Source: Eledone cirrhosa
Taxonomy: Eukaryota
Assembly: GCA_964016885.1 (NCBI GenBank)
Contig: OZ024743.1
Span: 319,424,001 to 319,488,000, forward strand
Direction of reading: 5' to 3'
Length of the DNA: 64,000 bases
The position numbers and the translations under genes were made by a program. This document shows positions 62,280 through 64,000 of this stretch, piece by piece (position 1 is the stretch's first letter; each line of letters begins with the position of its first letter). The notes under the pieces were generated by a model. It was not told the DNA's origin and made no database searches. It saw only the letters and a program-made list of their open reading frames with translations.

Positions 62280-62370
62280 GAAGTCCGATGAGCTTTTGAT
62301 TCCAGAGTCGGGTCAGATCGATACATATCGAACCTTGAACTGATCAATAGCGAAATGCGCGTCACTATTC
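62280..62370 (+). ncRNA. Type I hammerhead with U4C core and long stem II
   Basis: AGT-CCGATGA-GCT.T.TTGAT...ATCAA.T.AGC-GAAAT-GCGC-GTC-ACT, between two (TA)n tracts. Confidence 0.62.
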
Positions 62371-62417
62371 ACTAAACGTAATGAAGACCTAACAAATCAT
62401 TCTTTTTATTATTATTA

Positions 62418-62469
<52 letters not shown>

Positions 62470-62470
<1 letters not shown>

Positions 62471-62805
62471 TGGGGGCATAGAAATAGTCGGGCTGGACAC
62501 CAGATCGAGCGGTTAAACCACTGGGAGTAAAGGACCCCTAGCCCTCTTTAGAAGGCAACTCAGGAAACTGGGATAACTCCGACATAAAACCTGCGGCTCA
62601 GTAGTTACCGAGGATGTTGATCTTTTCTTCTTTTCGGGTTATATAGCTACTGTTGCTCAGAGAGTGGGATTGGCTCAGTGCACAGTCTTTCCTCACTTTC
62701 AAAAAAATGTTCACGCACAGGCATTGCACGATAGAATTAATTAATAATTATTAATAATGGTATATCGTGAAATGGCCGTACTCGATAACGAGGGGGCAGC
62801 CATCA
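62470..62805 (+). mobile_element. Shorter relative of the RTE-derived non-autonomous element
   Basis: Shares GACCCC.TAGCC, GATGTTGA..TTTTCTTCTTTT, AGAGAGTGGGA.TGGCT, CACAGGCATTGC and TGGCCGTACTCGA.AACGAG..GGCAGCCA with 9338-9947. Confidence 0.75.
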
Positions 62806-64000
62806 TATATATATATACACACACAAATCAATTAGTCTCTGAAGTGGCAAATCTCATGTAGATTTTGTCTCATGCCCCCAGCGGAAAAAGTTCAAAAGCA
62901 TTACCCCGGAAAATAAATAGGGAGATGAGCTGAAAGAGCCAATCCAACTCGATGGATTCAATTTGCAGATGTCCATCTCCGATCCGATTGCAATAAATCA
63001 ATAAATATGGAGGTGTTTCGGGGCCCCAGGGCCACCAGATGTTCCACCACCATAAATTCAATAATAAATCTAATAAGAGAGCGGTCATGCATGATAGAAG
63101 GGGAATAACTCCTTTCTCATCAATTTAACACTTGACAAGTAGATGCAGAGATAAGATATATTTCTATATAGACATTGAACCAGAAGGAAATAAATGGAAG
63201 TTTATTTTTTACAACACAGAATAAGAAATATTGCCGATCTTAAGAAAATATACCCTACTCTCATGCATAATTAACAATCATAATTAAACATTCTTTTCAT
63301 TCATGCGTGGACCAGCCTTCAGGTTTGTGAGCAGCACAAATGCCACCTCGGATCTATAGTAGATACTTTCGGCCTTCATCTAGTGTAATGCCCCCTCAGT
63401 GCCAGTTGCCCCCATAGGTTGAACGCTGCTGCTGCCTTCCCATCACGATTCAAACCGGTGTTCTTGAACTGAGATGCTAAAAGGCATCATAATCTTCATG
63501 TGTTCTGCTGTAGTATGCCCCTAATAGGTGTATCTTTGAACCTATAGCAGAGGAGAGCTCTAGCGTTCTGAGTCGCCTAACCACTTCCCTACTTGCAGCT
63601 ATCGTGACGGAATTGGCTACCTCTGAGGAGTGGAGTTCGCGACTTGGAATATCTCTCTCGTTATTTCCGAAATTACGCCTGTGCTTCTATTCGTTGGAGT
63701 GGACAAACGGGGAAGACGTGAAATTGACTGGTCTTTGCTGTTACAATAAGCTACTAGGTACACGCGTAGTAGTATCATTTGTTTGTAAAAGAAGGTCAAT
63801 ACTTGATATGATTAGTTTCAAGTTATGACAAATATTCTTTAAATGGGGCATAACTCTAATTAGAAATATTGATTAGTTATTTCCCTTTATAAACTAGACG
63901 TGACAACACTAAAGATAGATTAGAAACTGTGCAACGTTAATAACAACAATAAAAAAAAAAAAGACTATGCGGGCTTCGAAATAGACATATACCATTGAAT

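Noticed and set aside
62870-63830. Possible host exons in the non-repetitive end of the window
   Set aside because: Only short ORFs with no recognisable domain or convincing splice context; needs a homology search

Overview
Repeat-saturated animal genomic DNA with no recognisable host gene. The SINE types and microsatellite load suggest a cephalopod such as octopus (inference). From left to right: (TA)n tracts with small fold-back elements; a deleted mariner; a decayed Penelope-like element (RT + GIY-YIG, Naiad-like) with a 1.3 kb inverted arm; a DD37D maT remnant; and a ~24 kb pile-up (10.2-34.5 kb) of retroelements separated by (AAT)n tracts. That pile-up holds three Tx1/L1-clade LINEs on the minus strand, three R4/Dong-like RLE LINEs on the plus strand, and tRNA-derived SINEs. 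Further right are a cluster of small palindromic elements (35.7-39.8 kb), RTE-derived ~610 bp non-autonomous retroposons, and a 13.4 kb (GTT)n-derived satellite with higher-order structure. The least obvious signal is at least 8 sequence-distinct type I hammerhead ribozyme folds, read by eye from the CUGAnGA/GAAA core plus stems I-III. Most sit in non-coding inverted-repeat or tandem mini-elements beside (TA)n tracts. One is a ~430 bp circularly permuted unit that looks like a retrozyme copied from circular RNA. All folds and alignments are manual and untested.
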